In this document: one piece after another, positions 43,203 to 51,482 of the stretch
How the letters are laid out: each line of letters opens with the position of its first letter
Numbering within the stretch: the stretch's first letter is position 1
IMG/VR virus record: IMGVR_UViG_3300017722_002988
Location: 67,760 to 131,759 of that record
Source: a virus
Taxonomy: Duplodnaviria > Heunggongvirae > Uroviricota > Caudoviricetes
Strand: one strand, 5' to 3'
Length of the DNA stretch: 64,000 nucleotides
The notes under the pieces: model-generated
Told to the model about the DNA's origin: nothing
The model's database searches: none
Seen by the model: only the letters and a program-made list of their open reading frames with translations
Position numbers and translations under genes: made by a program

Positions 43203-43245
43203 TTGTGTACTTAAATCCCAGACTGCTTATGATGGGAAAGTAAGA
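43203..43245 (+). promoter_or_regulatory. phage promoter motif
   Basis: TTGTGTACTTAAAT, then CTGCTTATGATGGGAAAGTAAG. Confidence 0.55.
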
Positions 43246-43264
43246 GTTAAGGAGATATATAATC

Positions 43265-43396
43265 ATGTTCCTGCAGTTCACGCAAGACGGCCGTTGGTAC
43301 CTTCGCAATGAGGTTGGCCAGATTGTCTCGAAGCTGTTCCTCTGCTATGAGGATCTGATCGACCATCTGGAAGGTCGAGTTCTGCAAGAAGTGTAA
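43265..43396 (+). CDS. hypothetical small protein (43 aa, not listed in the ORF track)
   Basis: AAGGAG RBS followed by ATG after the promoter. Confidence 0.35.
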   Translation: MFLQFTQDGRWYLRNEVGQIVSKLFLCYEDLIDHLEGRVLQEV

Positions 43397-43399
43397 GTC

Positions 43400-44215
43400 T
43401 GCACTCTGTTCTGGAGTGTGCAACATAATAGCCGAGTGGCGAGGCACCCCGCAACGGGGACGTTGGTTCAGTTCAGGATCGCTACCTGACAGCAGAAGGG
43501 TCGCACCCAAACGCTGATGAATAGCTAGGTTCGAATCCTAGATCCAGAACTGAATGCAGATAGAGCCTCGGCTCTGGTAGGTGCAATGTTGATTGAACCG
43601 GTGCGCAAGCAGCGGCCCTAGACTGGGGAGTCTGGGAGGGTGTCCTCAAGCAGAGGGAGTGCCTGGTCAAATCCCCCTTTGCGCCTTCCTGAACCGAAGT
43701 ATCAGAATTGGTAAGAGTAGTGAGTAAGGCCGGATAAAGCCCGGTGAGGAACACCAGAAACCCATTAGGGAGACGGCCTCAAGCTCTTGCCAACTAAACA
43801 GGTGAAGTCGCGAGGGACGCGGGATCGGAATGCTAGCCGCCCGAGCTTCGAGGCTTCACCTACCTAACGTAGAGAGCAAGCAAAGCTGAAGGTCGGAGAA
43901 AGTCCGATGTGGAGAGTCCATCTCGACGGAGATGGCGGACACCACGAAGCTCTCTACCATTCTATGTGACTGAGACGAAGCTATTTCCCCCTGTGCTATA
44001 CGCCGGCAATGCGAATGGGGGCGGTTCGAAACCTTATCCGGCGTTGCTGTCCTCAGTCACTACATTTTTGGGCGCCTAGTGTGAACTGGCCTAACACGCC
44101 GATAGGATCGTGCCGATCGTAAGCGCTTACGATCCAAGCAAACGAGGACTGTACACCCTCGGCGATACCGTTGGAAATCCTGGTTCGATTCCGGGGGTGT
44201 CCACCATTTTTTTAT
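43400..44215 (+). ncRNA. structured non-coding region (about 800 nt) ending in a tRNA-like T-arm, acceptor and CCA plus a T-run
   Basis: No ORF; contains CTAGGTTCGAATCCTAG and CCTGGTTCGATTCCGGGGGTGTCCACCA followed by TTTTTTT; a type-II-like D-arm AGCCGAGTGGCGAGGCA; a CCCCGCAACGGGG hairpin. Confidence 0.35.
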
Positions 44216-44306
44216 ACCCCTCCCTATAGGCGGTCTGACTCGTACGGCGTTCCGGAAGACGTTGAGTCGGTGGCAGTGCAAGTCTGGCCAAGGGGTGTCA
44301 ATTTTA

Positions 44307-44347
44307 TTGTACATAATTGTGCAACTGCTTATTATGGGAATGTAAGA
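44307..44347 (+). promoter_or_regulatory. phage promoter motif
   Basis: TTGTACATAATTGTG, then CAACTGCTTATTATGGGAATGTAAG. Confidence 0.6.
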
Positions 44348-44358
44348 AGGAATTCGAC

Positions 44359-44634
44359 ATGACCCAATATGCAGCTCCTCATAGTGCTATGGAAGCTCGT
44401 TTCAACCAAGCTTCGCTTTTCGATGAGGTCGATGACTCGGTTGAACTGTACTTTAAGGGCAAGGAAGTTGCCCACGTTCAGATCATGCGCGGCGCCGATT
44501 ACGGCGGCCGGACGCAGTATGCCGCTAGCATCTGGCTGACTGAAACCACTATGTGGATGGGCGTTCATCGCCTGACCTATAAAGAAGCGGCGAGCGATGC
44601 ACTGATTAAGTTGATCGGTCTCGGTCGTTACTAA
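44359..44634 (+). CDS. hypothetical protein
   Basis: ATG after the promoter (MTQYAAPHS). Confidence 0.5.
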   Translation: MTQYAAPHSAMEARFNQASLFDEVDDSVELYFKGKEVAHVQIMRGADYGGRTQYAASIWLTETTMWMGVHRLTYKEAASDALIKLIGLGRY

Positions 44635-44650
44635 TAAATAACCTTATCAT

Positions 44651-44721
44651 GCCCCTGGCGATGGAGTCGCGCGGATCCTTTACACGGAACCGGTCATTCA
44701 GTTCAATCCTGAATAGGGGTA
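44651..44721 (+). tRNA. tRNA-Val(TAC)
   Basis: TTTACAC loop; T-arm TTCAGTTCAATCCTGAA; CCA. Confidence 0.55.
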
Positions 44722-44729
44722 CCAATCAT

Positions 44730-44813
44730 GGAAGGTACCGGCAAGGTGTCAAACTGGACTTGAAATCCAGGGGCACGTGATGAGCGTGCGGGTTTCGATT
44801 ACTCTACCTTCCT
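44730..44813 (+). tRNA. tRNA-Ser(TGA), type II
   Basis: Perfect acceptor GGAAGGT/ACCTTCC; arm CTGGA-CTTGAAA-TCCAG; variable-arm hairpin GCACG...CGTGC. Confidence 0.55.
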
Positions 44814-44822
44814 CCACATTTT

Positions 44823-44895
44823 GGACCCATCGTCTAACAGCCTAGGATGACTGCCCCTCAAGCAGTAGATGCCGGTGCGACTCCGGTTGGGTCTT
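44823..44895 (+). tRNA. tRNA-Glu(CTC)
   Basis: Glu-type D-arm GTCTAACAGCCTAGGATG; arm ACTGC-CCCTCAA-GCAGT; T-arm GCCGG-TGCGACT-CCGGT. Confidence 0.55.
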
Positions 44896-44904
44896 CCATA
44901 TTAT

Positions 44905-44977
44905 GCTCCCGTCGACTAGCGGTCTAGGTCGCCGCCCTTTCAAGGCGTAAACGCCGGTTCGAATCCGGTCGGGAGTA
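44905..44977 (+). tRNA. tRNA-Glu(TTC)
   Basis: Arm CCGCC-CTTTCAA-GGCGT as in E. coli tRNA-Glu; T-arm GCCGGTTCGAATCCGGT. Confidence 0.65.
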
Positions 44978-44993
44978 CCAATCAGGAGTGATT

Positions 44994-45263
44994 ATGAAGC
45001 GCCTAACTGCAGATGCGTATGCGGAGCTAATCCTCCGAGGGGATGATCTTAAGCTTTCCCAAGACACAATCAAGGAACTGAGGGCGTGCGATAAAGCCGA
45101 CCTTATTCGATACCATTCTTCCCTAGGAAGGGCGATTCGAAACTCTCTTGGCCTCTGGCAAATCCCCTGGAAGCCGAGAATTAAAGATGGGGTTGATGTT
45201 TCTAAGGACCATCCGGACGCATTGTCCATGGCAATCTTGGAGGCAATACACAAGAAGTTGTAG
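44994..45263 (+). CDS. hypothetical protein
   Basis: AGGAG RBS followed by ATG. Confidence 0.5.
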   Translation: MKRLTADAYAELILRGDDLKLSQDTIKELRACDKADLIRYHSSLGRAIRNSLGLWQIPWKPRIKDGVDVSKDHPDALSMAILEAIHKKL

Positions 45264-45269
45264 AAATAT

Positions 45270-45353
45270 GGAGGGACGGTGCGCTGGGCGCTAACGGGCT
45301 TGCTAAGCCTGCCCAAGGTGAAAGTCTTGAGGGTTCGATTCCCTGCCCCTCCT
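45270..45353 (+). tRNA. tRNA-Ser(GCT), type II
   Basis: 84 nt; arm CGGGC-TTGCTAA-GCCTG; long variable arm. Confidence 0.55.
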
Positions 45354-45379
45354 CCAAACAATATGAAGAGGAATTAATC

Positions 45380-45826
45380 ATGGCCGACACGATGGACAAA
45401 GCAAGAGACGCAATCGCTGCAAGCTCGCCACAATCCGCAGTCTACATCGGCTGTGACTCAATCCGTTTCAAGAAGGGTGGACGTTGGTTCGCCAAGTATT
45501 CGGTCGTTGTGATCCTGCACATGGATCAAAGACACGGCTGCAAGCTCTTCCATAGGACTGAGATCCAACCAGACTATGGCAACCTGAGAATGCGTCTGAT
45601 GACCGAAGTTGGGTACGCCGTTGAGACCGCTCTGGAACTGGTCGATGTGATCGGCGACAGGGTCTTCCAGGTTCACTTGGACATCAACCCCGATGAGAAG
45701 CACAAGTCCTACGTGGCTTTGAAAGAAGCCCAGGGCTATGTTCGTGGTGTGATGGGCTTCGATCCTCACGTGAAGCCTGACGGCTTCGCAGCAACTCACG
45801 CGGCCGACCATGTCGTTAGACATTAG
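45380..45826 (+). CDS. hypothetical protein
   Basis: ORF. Confidence 0.5.
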   Translation: MADTMDKARDAIAASSPQSAVYIGCDSIRFKKGGRWFAKYSVVVILHMDQRHGCKLFHRTEIQPDYGNLRMRLMTEVGYAVETALELVDVIGDRVFQVHLDINPDEKHKSYVALKEAQGYVRGVMGFDPHVKPDGFAATHAADHVVRH

Positions 45827-46052
45827 GCTGACTGACGAGGAAGAAAAGTTCCTCCATATCATGGCACGTAAGATCTACCCGACCGCTTGGGGTGCTGGTT
45901 CTTTTTATACAGAGAACCATCAAGCTACAGCGGTCGGGCATGTTCGTGCTGCTTTCTTGGATGCCTGCAAAGGATCCAATGTGAAAATCACTCGAAAGAG
46001 AAAGACTAAACCATGTCGCCCATCTACGAAACCATCAAAAGAGACAGCCTAA
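45810..46052 (+). CDS. hypothetical protein
   Basis: Coupled ORF. Confidence 0.4.
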   Translation: MSLDIRLTDEEEKFLHIMARKIYPTAWGAGSFYTENHQATAVGHVRAAFLDACKGSNVKITRKRKTKPCRPSTKPSKETA

Positions 46053-46453
46053 CCGCCCGCAAAGCCGGCGACAAGGCTACAGCATCCCTTCTTGTTACTC
46101 TAGCGTCTGAGATTCAGGCAGCAGGTAGATCTGTTGAAGAGCGTGAGAACCCGTCGAACGATGTGGCTATCGCTACGATTAAGAAGTTCATTAAGAACGC
46201 TTACATCACTGTGGAAGCTAATAAAAACAGCAGAGACAGGGAGACGGCTGCAATGCGAGAAGTTGAGATTTTGGAATCGTATCTGCCTAAGCAGCTAACC
46301 GAAACCGAAATCAAGGTGATCATCGCTGGGCTCAAGGCTAAGCCTGGCGAAGCCAACATCATGGAACCCACCATGGGTAACATTATGGGGTATTTCAAGA
46401 CGATGTATCCTGGGCGATACGACGGAGCTTTGGTAGCCAAGCACGCCAGATAA
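46013..46453 (+). CDS. GatB/YqeY-domain protein
   Basis: EILESYLPKQLTETE...MGNIMGYF...GRYDGALVAKHAR matches the YqeY pattern. Confidence 0.65.
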   Translation: MSPIYETIKRDSLTARKAGDKATASLLVTLASEIQAAGRSVEERENPSNDVAIATIKKFIKNAYITVEANKNSRDRETAAMREVEILESYLPKQLTETEIKVIIAGLKAKPGEANIMEPTMGNIMGYFKTMYPGRYDGALVAKHAR

Positions 46454-46493
46454 AGGTGTCATCATTTTCTAATCAGTGTACTATTTGATTATG

Positions 46494-46811
46494 AAACAGA
46501 TGTGGGAAATCCTGGTCCCTACCCAGCTTAACTGTGGGAAGCCGATCAGAACAAGACAGCACAGAGAATGGGACAGTCGGGTTCGTAAGATCACCGGCGG
46601 TCTTACTGTTCTGTCACCAGCTAAAGGCCAGTGGGTTGCGCCAGACGGGGTTCTCTTCACAGAGAGGATGATTCCTGTCCGGATTATCGCCACGAGGGAA
46701 GAGATCGATAAGATCATCGATATCACCATGGTCTTCTACGACCAGCTGGCCATTCTGTGTTATAAGGTGTCCGACGAGGTCATTTTGAAGCACAGGGTAA
46801 CGACTCTTTAA
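46494..46811 (+). CDS. hypothetical protein
   Basis: ATG after a short-form promoter box. Confidence 0.45.
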   Translation, partial: KQMWEILVPTQLNCGKPIRTRQHREWDSRVRKITGGLTVLSPAKGQWVAPDGVLFTERMIPVRIIATREEIDKIIDITMVFYDQLAILCYKVSDEVILKHRVTTL

Positions 46812-47094
46812 CCGCTTGTGGTGTACTATGGGATAGTAAGCCATGGAGACCATTATGTTCGACTTCCTCATCTGCCTTCCTATGATCTTCGTCGGTTTCG
46901 TCCTGCTGGGCGTGGCTGCTAAGATTTGGGGTCCTTATATTCTGGACAAGTTTGTATGAGCGAGGATTATCGTAGAGGGCAATGGGCCGCTCTAGATCGT
47001 GTCTTGCAGCTCCTTAACACTATCGAGGAGCGGCATATTGATCGCTCTAAATTGTATGCTATGATTCTTGATCTGCGGCCTCGTTGATCTTTCT

Positions 47095-47135
47095 AGTGTA
47101 CATTTAATTCAGACAGTGTACATTGGATAAATAAG
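47095..47135 (+). promoter_or_regulatory. phage promoter motif upstream of a tRNA block
   Basis: TAGTGTACATTTAAT, then AGTGTACATTGGATAAATAAG. Confidence 0.5.
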
Positions 47136-47142
47136 AGACTGA

Positions 47143-47216
47143 TCGCCCTTAGCTTAATTGGCCAGAGCCAGCTGCTCATAACAGCTCAGATGTCGGTTCG
47201 AGTCCGACAGGGCGTA
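47143..47216 (+). tRNA. tRNA-Met/Ile2(CAT), elongator type
   Basis: D-arm GCTTAATTGGCCAGAGC; arm AGCTG-CTCATAA-CAGCT; T-arm GTCGGTTCGAGTCCGAC. Confidence 0.65.
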
Positions 47217-47297
47217 CCATTTAAGAAGTGCAGGGTGATGATCCCATAAGTCATTTCGTGAGTCCTGGGCAAGGACGTTAAAAGGCCCAACAGATTT

Positions 47298-47373
47298 GCG
47301 TCCGTATCGGAACCGCCTTCTAAGCGGTAGTACCGTAAGTGGAACGATGGGGGTTCGAGTCCCTCCGGGCGCG
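47298..47373 (+). tRNA. tRNA-like (anticodon TCT) lacking a D-arm, with a long variable region
   Basis: Acceptor GCGTCCG/CGGGCGC; arm ACCGC-CTTCTAA-GCGGT; T-arm GGGGGTTCGAGTCCCTC; only about 5 nt between the acceptor and anticodon stems. Confidence 0.4.
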
Positions 47374-47383
47374 CCATATTTCT

Positions 47384-47468
47384 GGACGAGTTGGACAATT
47401 GGTTGGTCCGCGGGACTCTTAATCCCGTTCGCGAAAGCGGCTTGTGGGTTCGAACCCCACCTCGTTCA
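47384..47468 (+). tRNA. type-II-shaped tRNA with Lys anticodon CTT
   Basis: Acceptor GGACGAG/CTCGTTC; D-arm GGACAATTGGTTGGTCC; perfect arm CGGGA-CTCTTAA-TCCCG; 16-nt variable arm with a GAAA tetraloop. Confidence 0.5.
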
Positions 47469-47472
47469 CCAT

Positions 47473-47542
47473 CCAGCCGTAGTGTAGGTTTGCACGGCAC
47501 CCATTTGGGGGTGTTAGACTAGGTTCAACTCCTAGCGGCCGG
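47473..47542 (+). tRNA. tRNA-like with a 6-nt anticodon loop
   Basis: Acceptor CCAGCCG/CGGCCGG; CACCC-ATTTGG-GGGTG; T-arm CTAGGTTCAACTCCTAG; CCA. Confidence 0.35.
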
Positions 47543-47741
47543 ACCAAGACCCGTCCTAAGGATTCTGTGGGACGTTAAATCACTAGGAATCGGGCTTTCT
47601 CTCCTTTGCCTTAAGAAAGGAGACTGGAATCAGCCTAGAAGAGCTGGTCGAAGTCCCGTAATGTGGCACCGCCTCCGTCCGGGCGACCCTCGCAAAGGGT
47701 TAAGAGATCGGCATGGTAACCGAAATCAGGCTTCCAATTTA

Positions 47742-47825
47742 GGACGCGTCACCTCAGCAGCGAGAGGCCGGGCCTTTTAAGCCCACGGAGAAATCCCATC
47801 GGGGGTGCGAGTCCCTCCGCGTTCA
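47742..47825 (+). tRNA. type-II-shaped tRNA with Lys anticodon TTT
   Basis: Acceptor GGACGCG/CGCGTTC; CTTTTAA loop; variable arm GGAGAAATCC (GAAA tetraloop); T-arm GGGGG-TGCGAGT-CCCTC. Confidence 0.45.
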
Positions 47826-47969
47826 CCAAATTTGATGCGGACCACCTCGGACGTGGTTGCCAAGTCTGGCCAGACGGTAGAAGCCCTCGGCCGAGGGCGG
47901 ACACTTATAAAGTGATTTGGGTAGGTGGTTCGAATCCGCCCACTTTGATGGCAACGCATCAACTCATTC

Positions 47970-48042
47970 GGGTTCATAGCTCAATGGCGTAGAGCAGCGG
48001 GTTTTTACCCCGTAGATCTCGGTTCAAATCCGAGTGGACCCT
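47970..48042 (+). tRNA. tRNA-Lys(TTT), canonical type I
   Basis: Acceptor GGGTTCA/TGGACCC; D-arm GCTCAATGGCGTAGAGC; arm GCGGG-TTTTTAC-CCCGT. Confidence 0.75.
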
Positions 48043-48082
48043 CCAGATAAATAAGACAGAACCCTCAAAGCAGAGAAGCAAA

Positions 48083-48295
48083 ATGAAACTGAGAAACACC
48101 CTTATCGCAGTAGTCGCTGGTCTTGCGCTTGCTGCTGGCCATGCTTCCGCAGCAAGCACCGTAGTGATCGATCGCGTAGGTGTTACCGCAGAAGACTCAG
48201 GAATGTCCTCAGTGACGCTTGTGGGCCTCGCCGGTGGCATTCTTACCACCGTATTGGTCAACAGCTCTCGTGCTGACGAAGCGGAATCTGCATAA
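48083..48295 (+). CDS. small secreted protein (signal peptide)
   Basis: MKLRNTLIAVVAGLALAAGHASA followed by a mature Thr/Val/Ser-rich region. Confidence 0.5.
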   Translation: MKLRNTLIAVVAGLALAAGHASAASTVVIDRVGVTAEDSGMSSVTLVGLAGGILTTVLVNSSRADEAESA

Positions 48296-48419
48296 TCACG
48301 CTGCAACTAGTGTAATGGAAGCACACGTGCCTGAAGACTTGGCGGTTCAATCCCGTCTTAAATGGTGGTCCAGGTCGTACACGTAGAGCCGTTCGATCCG
48401 GCAGGCGGCACCAAATAAA

Positions 48420-48446
48420 GGCCCTAGGATTCCCTAGGGCCTTTTT
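48420..48446 (+). terminator. rho-independent terminator (AAAGGCCCTAGG-ATTC-CCTAGGGCCTTTTT)
   Basis: Perfect 10-bp stem plus T-run closing the tRNA region. Confidence 0.85.
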
Positions 48447-48458
48447 CGTGAGTAGAAT

Positions 48459-48740
48459 ATGAAACACGTCGGCCACTGTAAGAAGGAAGCCTATGACGTC
48501 TATATCGGCAGACCGTCGGTATGGGGCAACCCATTCGTGGTTGGAGTCGATGGTACGCGCTCTGAGGTGATTCGAAAGCATGCTGAGTGGATTGTCACCC
48601 AACCAGATCTCATGGCTCGCATCCATGAGCTAAGAGGTAAGAGGCTTGGGTGTTGGTGTTCTCCTAAAACGTGTCATGGTGACATTCTCGCAAAGCTGGC
48701 GAATGATTCCAGCCTGACCGCTTTTTTCGATGTACAATAA
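48459..48740 (+). CDS. DUF4326-like protein
   Basis: YDVYIGRPSVWGNPF...LRGKRLGCWCSPKTCHGD pattern. Confidence 0.5.
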   Translation: MKHVGHCKKEAYDVYIGRPSVWGNPFVVGVDGTRSEVIRKHAEWIVTQPDLMARIHELRGKRLGCWCSPKTCHGDILAKLANDSSLTAFFDVQ

Positions 48741-48770
48741 TAGCAGATAGCTTATTATAGGAATGTAAGT
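48730..48770 (+). promoter_or_regulatory. phage promoter motif
   Basis: TGTACAATAATAG, then CAGATAGCTTATTATAGGAATGTAAG. Confidence 0.55.
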
Positions 48771-48787
48771 CAGAACCCAAATAGGAT

Positions 48788-49015
48788 TTGAAAATGGCTA
48801 TTCGTCAAAAACAACCTCGCCAGGGCAAGATCGAGATCGACATCTCTGGTCCGGCTGGCAACGCCTTCGCCCTCATGGGCTATGCTCGCCAGTACGCCAA
48901 GCAACTCAGCATGGATCCGAAGCCGATCATCGAAGAGATGATGTCTGGTGACTACGAGAACCTGCTGGAGGTCTTCGACAAGAACTTCGGCGACTACATC
49001 GATCTTGTGCGCTGA
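48788..49015 (+). CDS. hypothetical protein
   Basis: ORF after the promoter. Confidence 0.45.
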   Translation: MKMAIRQKQPRQGKIEIDISGPAGNAFALMGYARQYAKQLSMDPKPIIEEMMSGDYENLLEVFDKNFGDYIDLVR

Positions 49016-49380
49016 TGGGAGTCGACACGCGCCCTTGGATGGGCCTCGGCTATATGCTCCGTAAGGAAACCGCCGAAGATTTCAAGATCATGGACTACGA
49101 AAAGATCTATGATGAACTGATGGATCGTCAGCACGAAATCGAGGAAGAAACCAGTATTGCCTGGATTTCTTCAGATTGTTATTGCGGGGACTGGGTCTTC
49201 TTTGGCGTATCTCGATACGGCTCAGAAGACACTATAGAACAGATTCCTTACGGCGAGCGAGGGTATCTGTTCTCAAACGGTGACGATATCGACATCGATA
49301 TCAAGCAAGTTCTGGGAGCCGATCACCCCTTCCTCAAACACGCCACATTCGGTTTCTATTTCGGAACAGATTACACATGA
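49015..49380 (+). CDS. hypothetical protein
   Basis: Coupled ORF. Confidence 0.5.
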   Translation: MGVDTRPWMGLGYMLRKETAEDFKIMDYEKIYDELMDRQHEIEEETSIAWISSDCYCGDWVFFGVSRYGSEDTIEQIPYGERGYLFSNGDDIDIDIKQVLGADHPFLKHATFGFYFGTDYT

Positions 49381-49673
49381 GCTATATGAAGCCCGACGGC
49401 GATGGCCGTCAATATATCTACATGGACACCAGCGGCAAGGTCATTCAAAGCCTGCCGAATGAGCCAGGTTACCCGAAAGTAATCTATGGTCAGAATCCGC
49501 AGAGTATCAATGAGGCAATGGCCCTGATGTCTGCGATGAGAGACTTTCTGGAGTCCAATGGTGTCAAGGTGACTCTTGGCCGTAACTGGAAATTTAAGAA
49601 GGATCTCCGGTTCAACGGCCGCACGTGGTTCGACATCAACAATTTGCTACACACCCTCAGATACGGAAAGTAG
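49377..49673 (+). CDS. hypothetical protein
   Basis: Coupled ORF. Confidence 0.5.
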   Translation: MSYMKPDGDGRQYIYMDTSGKVIQSLPNEPGYPKVIYGQNPQSINEAMALMSAMRDFLESNGVKVTLGRNWKFKKDLRFNGRTWFDINNLLHTLRYGK

Positions 49674-49679
49674 AATCAC

Positions 49680-50003
49680 ATGCGTGAAGTCACATATCAA
49701 CTGAGCTGCCCTGAATACCCAGGGCTCGCTAAGGTAATCGAAGAGAGTGGTGAAATCGGACAGGTCTTTGGAAAGATCATGTCGAACGGTGGGCATCGTT
49801 TCGACCCTTGGGTTGGCAATGACCTTGGCGCCAAGCTAGACGAGGAAGCCGCCGACCTGTTGGCTGCTCTTTCGTTTATGGTCACATACTGCCCGCATAT
49901 TGATGAAAACATTGTGGGCGACAGGGTGGCCCGAAAATTCAAGTTGTTCGAAGAATGGGCAGCTGGACGAACTGATACCCGATACGATGATATTGTGCTA
50001 TAG
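49680..50003 (+). CDS. MazG-like nucleotide pyrophosphohydrolase
   Basis: EESGEIGQVFGKI...EEAADLLAAL resembles the MazG EExxE and metal-binding helices. Confidence 0.6.
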   Translation: MREVTYQLSCPEYPGLAKVIEESGEIGQVFGKIMSNGGHRFDPWVGNDLGAKLDEEAADLLAALSFMVTYCPHIDENIVGDRVARKFKLFEEWAAGRTDTRYDDIVL

Positions 50004-50188
50004 TGCTTGCTAGACTCTACGACATAACTACTTGGAAAGAAGGTGTTGAACACGGCATCTTCTGCGATCCTGACGGTTATGGCGAGGGTCTAGACGCGCT
50101 TTTTAACAAGATTGATCCCTACGTTAAACCATCAGACATTGATGTCTTGAGCAAAAACATTCGCCACATTCGGTGGTATGGAGAATAA
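50003..50188 (+). CDS. hypothetical protein
   Basis: Coupled ORF. Confidence 0.4.
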   Translation: MLARLYDITTWKEGVEHGIFCDPDGYGEGLDALFNKIDPYVKPSDIDVLSKNIRHIRWYGE

Positions 50189-50379
50189 ACATGTCAGACC
50201 AAGTTTTTGTCATCCTGCGGGTTGACTACAGTCCTTCGGCAAAGCAAGAAATTGCCGTTGGGTATGTTCATTACGAGTTCGATGCCAAGAGGGTTATCGA
50301 TAAGCTCAAAATTGAAAATGGCGCTGAATATACCTTCCGTCCCATTCCGTGTTTGACGACTATTCCTGGGCACTGCTGA
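50173..50379 (+). CDS. hypothetical protein
   Basis: ORF. Confidence 0.4.
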   Translation: MVWRINMSDQVFVILRVDYSPSAKQEIAVGYVHYEFDAKRVIDKLKIENGAEYTFRPIPCLTTIPGHC

Positions 50380-50384
50380 TTGGC

Positions 50385-50422
50385 GGTGTACTTAATTACC
50401 AATCGTTATAGTATGAGAATAT
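50385..50422 (+). promoter_or_regulatory. phage promoter motif
   Basis: GTGTACTTAATTACC, then TATAGTATGAGAATATGAC. Confidence 0.5.
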
Positions 50423-51479
50423 GACAATGATCAAATTTCCTTCCATCGAGCAGCTGCGGACGGTCGTAAAGAACGTCCAGCACCAGTCTCGATTTGCCGG
50501 TGTCGATGACACCGGGGAGCCCATCTTTGACAGCACTCGGCCCATCCCGACCCTTCGGTTTGTTGGCACGGTGAAGCTACATGGCACAAACGCCGGTATC
50601 GTTCTGGATCGTACCGGAACTGACTTCATCTACCAGTCCCGTGAGCGTGTTCTGACTCTTGAAGCTGACAACGCTGGTTTCATGGCCCATATGCAGGCTA
50701 ATCAGGACAGCGTCGATACGCTGTTCGCAACTGTCATGCTGCAGATTGAAGATCTCGACTCAGTCAAGTTCATCTGCATCTACGGCGAATGGTGTGGCGG
50801 AAACATTCAAAAAGGGGTCGGCATCTCCGGTCTTCCCAAGATGTTTGTGGTGTTCGGTATCAAGGTCATCTACGAGACTGACGATGACGGCTCCGAAGGT
50901 GTGTGGATTCCGGTTCAAAACATCCAATACGAAGACAAGGATGCTGGCATCTACAATGTCCATCAGTTCGGTTCTTGGACGATCGACATCGACTTCAACC
51001 ATCCCCAACTGTCTCAGCCCAAGCTCATCGAGCTGACCGAGATGGTTGAGGCTGAGTGCCCTGCCGGCAAGTTCTTCGGAAACACTGGTATCGGCGAGGG
51101 CATCGTCTGGCACTGTGAAGAGCCTGGCTTTACCTCTAGCCGCCTGTGGTTCAAGGTGAAGGGCGAGAAGCACTCTGTCTCCAAGGTCAAGACGCTGGCT
51201 CCGGTCGATGTTGAGGCCTACAAGAAGCAGCAGGACTTCATCGACTCTGTCGTGACCGAAGCTCGGCTGGAACAAGGCATTCAGAATCTCATCAACGAAC
51301 AGCAGAAGCCGTTCGAGATGGCGTCCATGGGTGACTTCATTCGTTGGGTCTTCAATGACATCGTCAAGGAAGAGACTGACACAATCGAGGCCAACGGCTT
51401 TGACTCTAAGAAGCTCGGTGGTCCTATTGCCAATAAGGCACGGCCCTGGTTCATTCAGCGGCTGAACAGCGAAGGTTAA
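50421..51479 (+). CDS. rnlB: RNA ligase 2 (T4 Rnl2 family)
   Basis: Motif I KLHGTN (T4 Rnl2 has KIHGTN); IYGEWCGGNIQKGVGI resembles VFGEFAGPGIQKNVDY; FVVFGI resembles FYVFDI; 352 aa. Confidence 0.75.
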   Translation: MTMIKFPSIEQLRTVVKNVQHQSRFAGVDDTGEPIFDSTRPIPTLRFVGTVKLHGTNAGIVLDRTGTDFIYQSRERVLTLEADNAGFMAHMQANQDSVDTLFATVMLQIEDLDSVKFICIYGEWCGGNIQKGVGISGLPKMFVVFGIKVIYETDDDGSEGVWIPVQNIQYEDKDAGIYNVHQFGSWTIDIDFNHPQLSQPKLIELTEMVEAECPAGKFFGNTGIGEGIVWHCEEPGFTSSRLWFKVKGEKHSVSKVKTLAPVDVEAYKKQQDFIDSVVTEARLEQGIQNLINEQQKPFEMASMGDFIRWVFNDIVKEETDTIEANGFDSKKLGGPIANKARPWFIQRLNSEG

Positions 51480-51482
51480 GCT

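Noticed and set aside
43400-44215. tmRNA hypothesis for the long ncRNA with a CCA end
   Set aside because: No tag-peptide reading frame (ANDENYALAA-like followed by a stop) and no 5' GGGG...GGATTCGACG tRNA-like domain was found by eye. It is left as an unclassified structured RNA.
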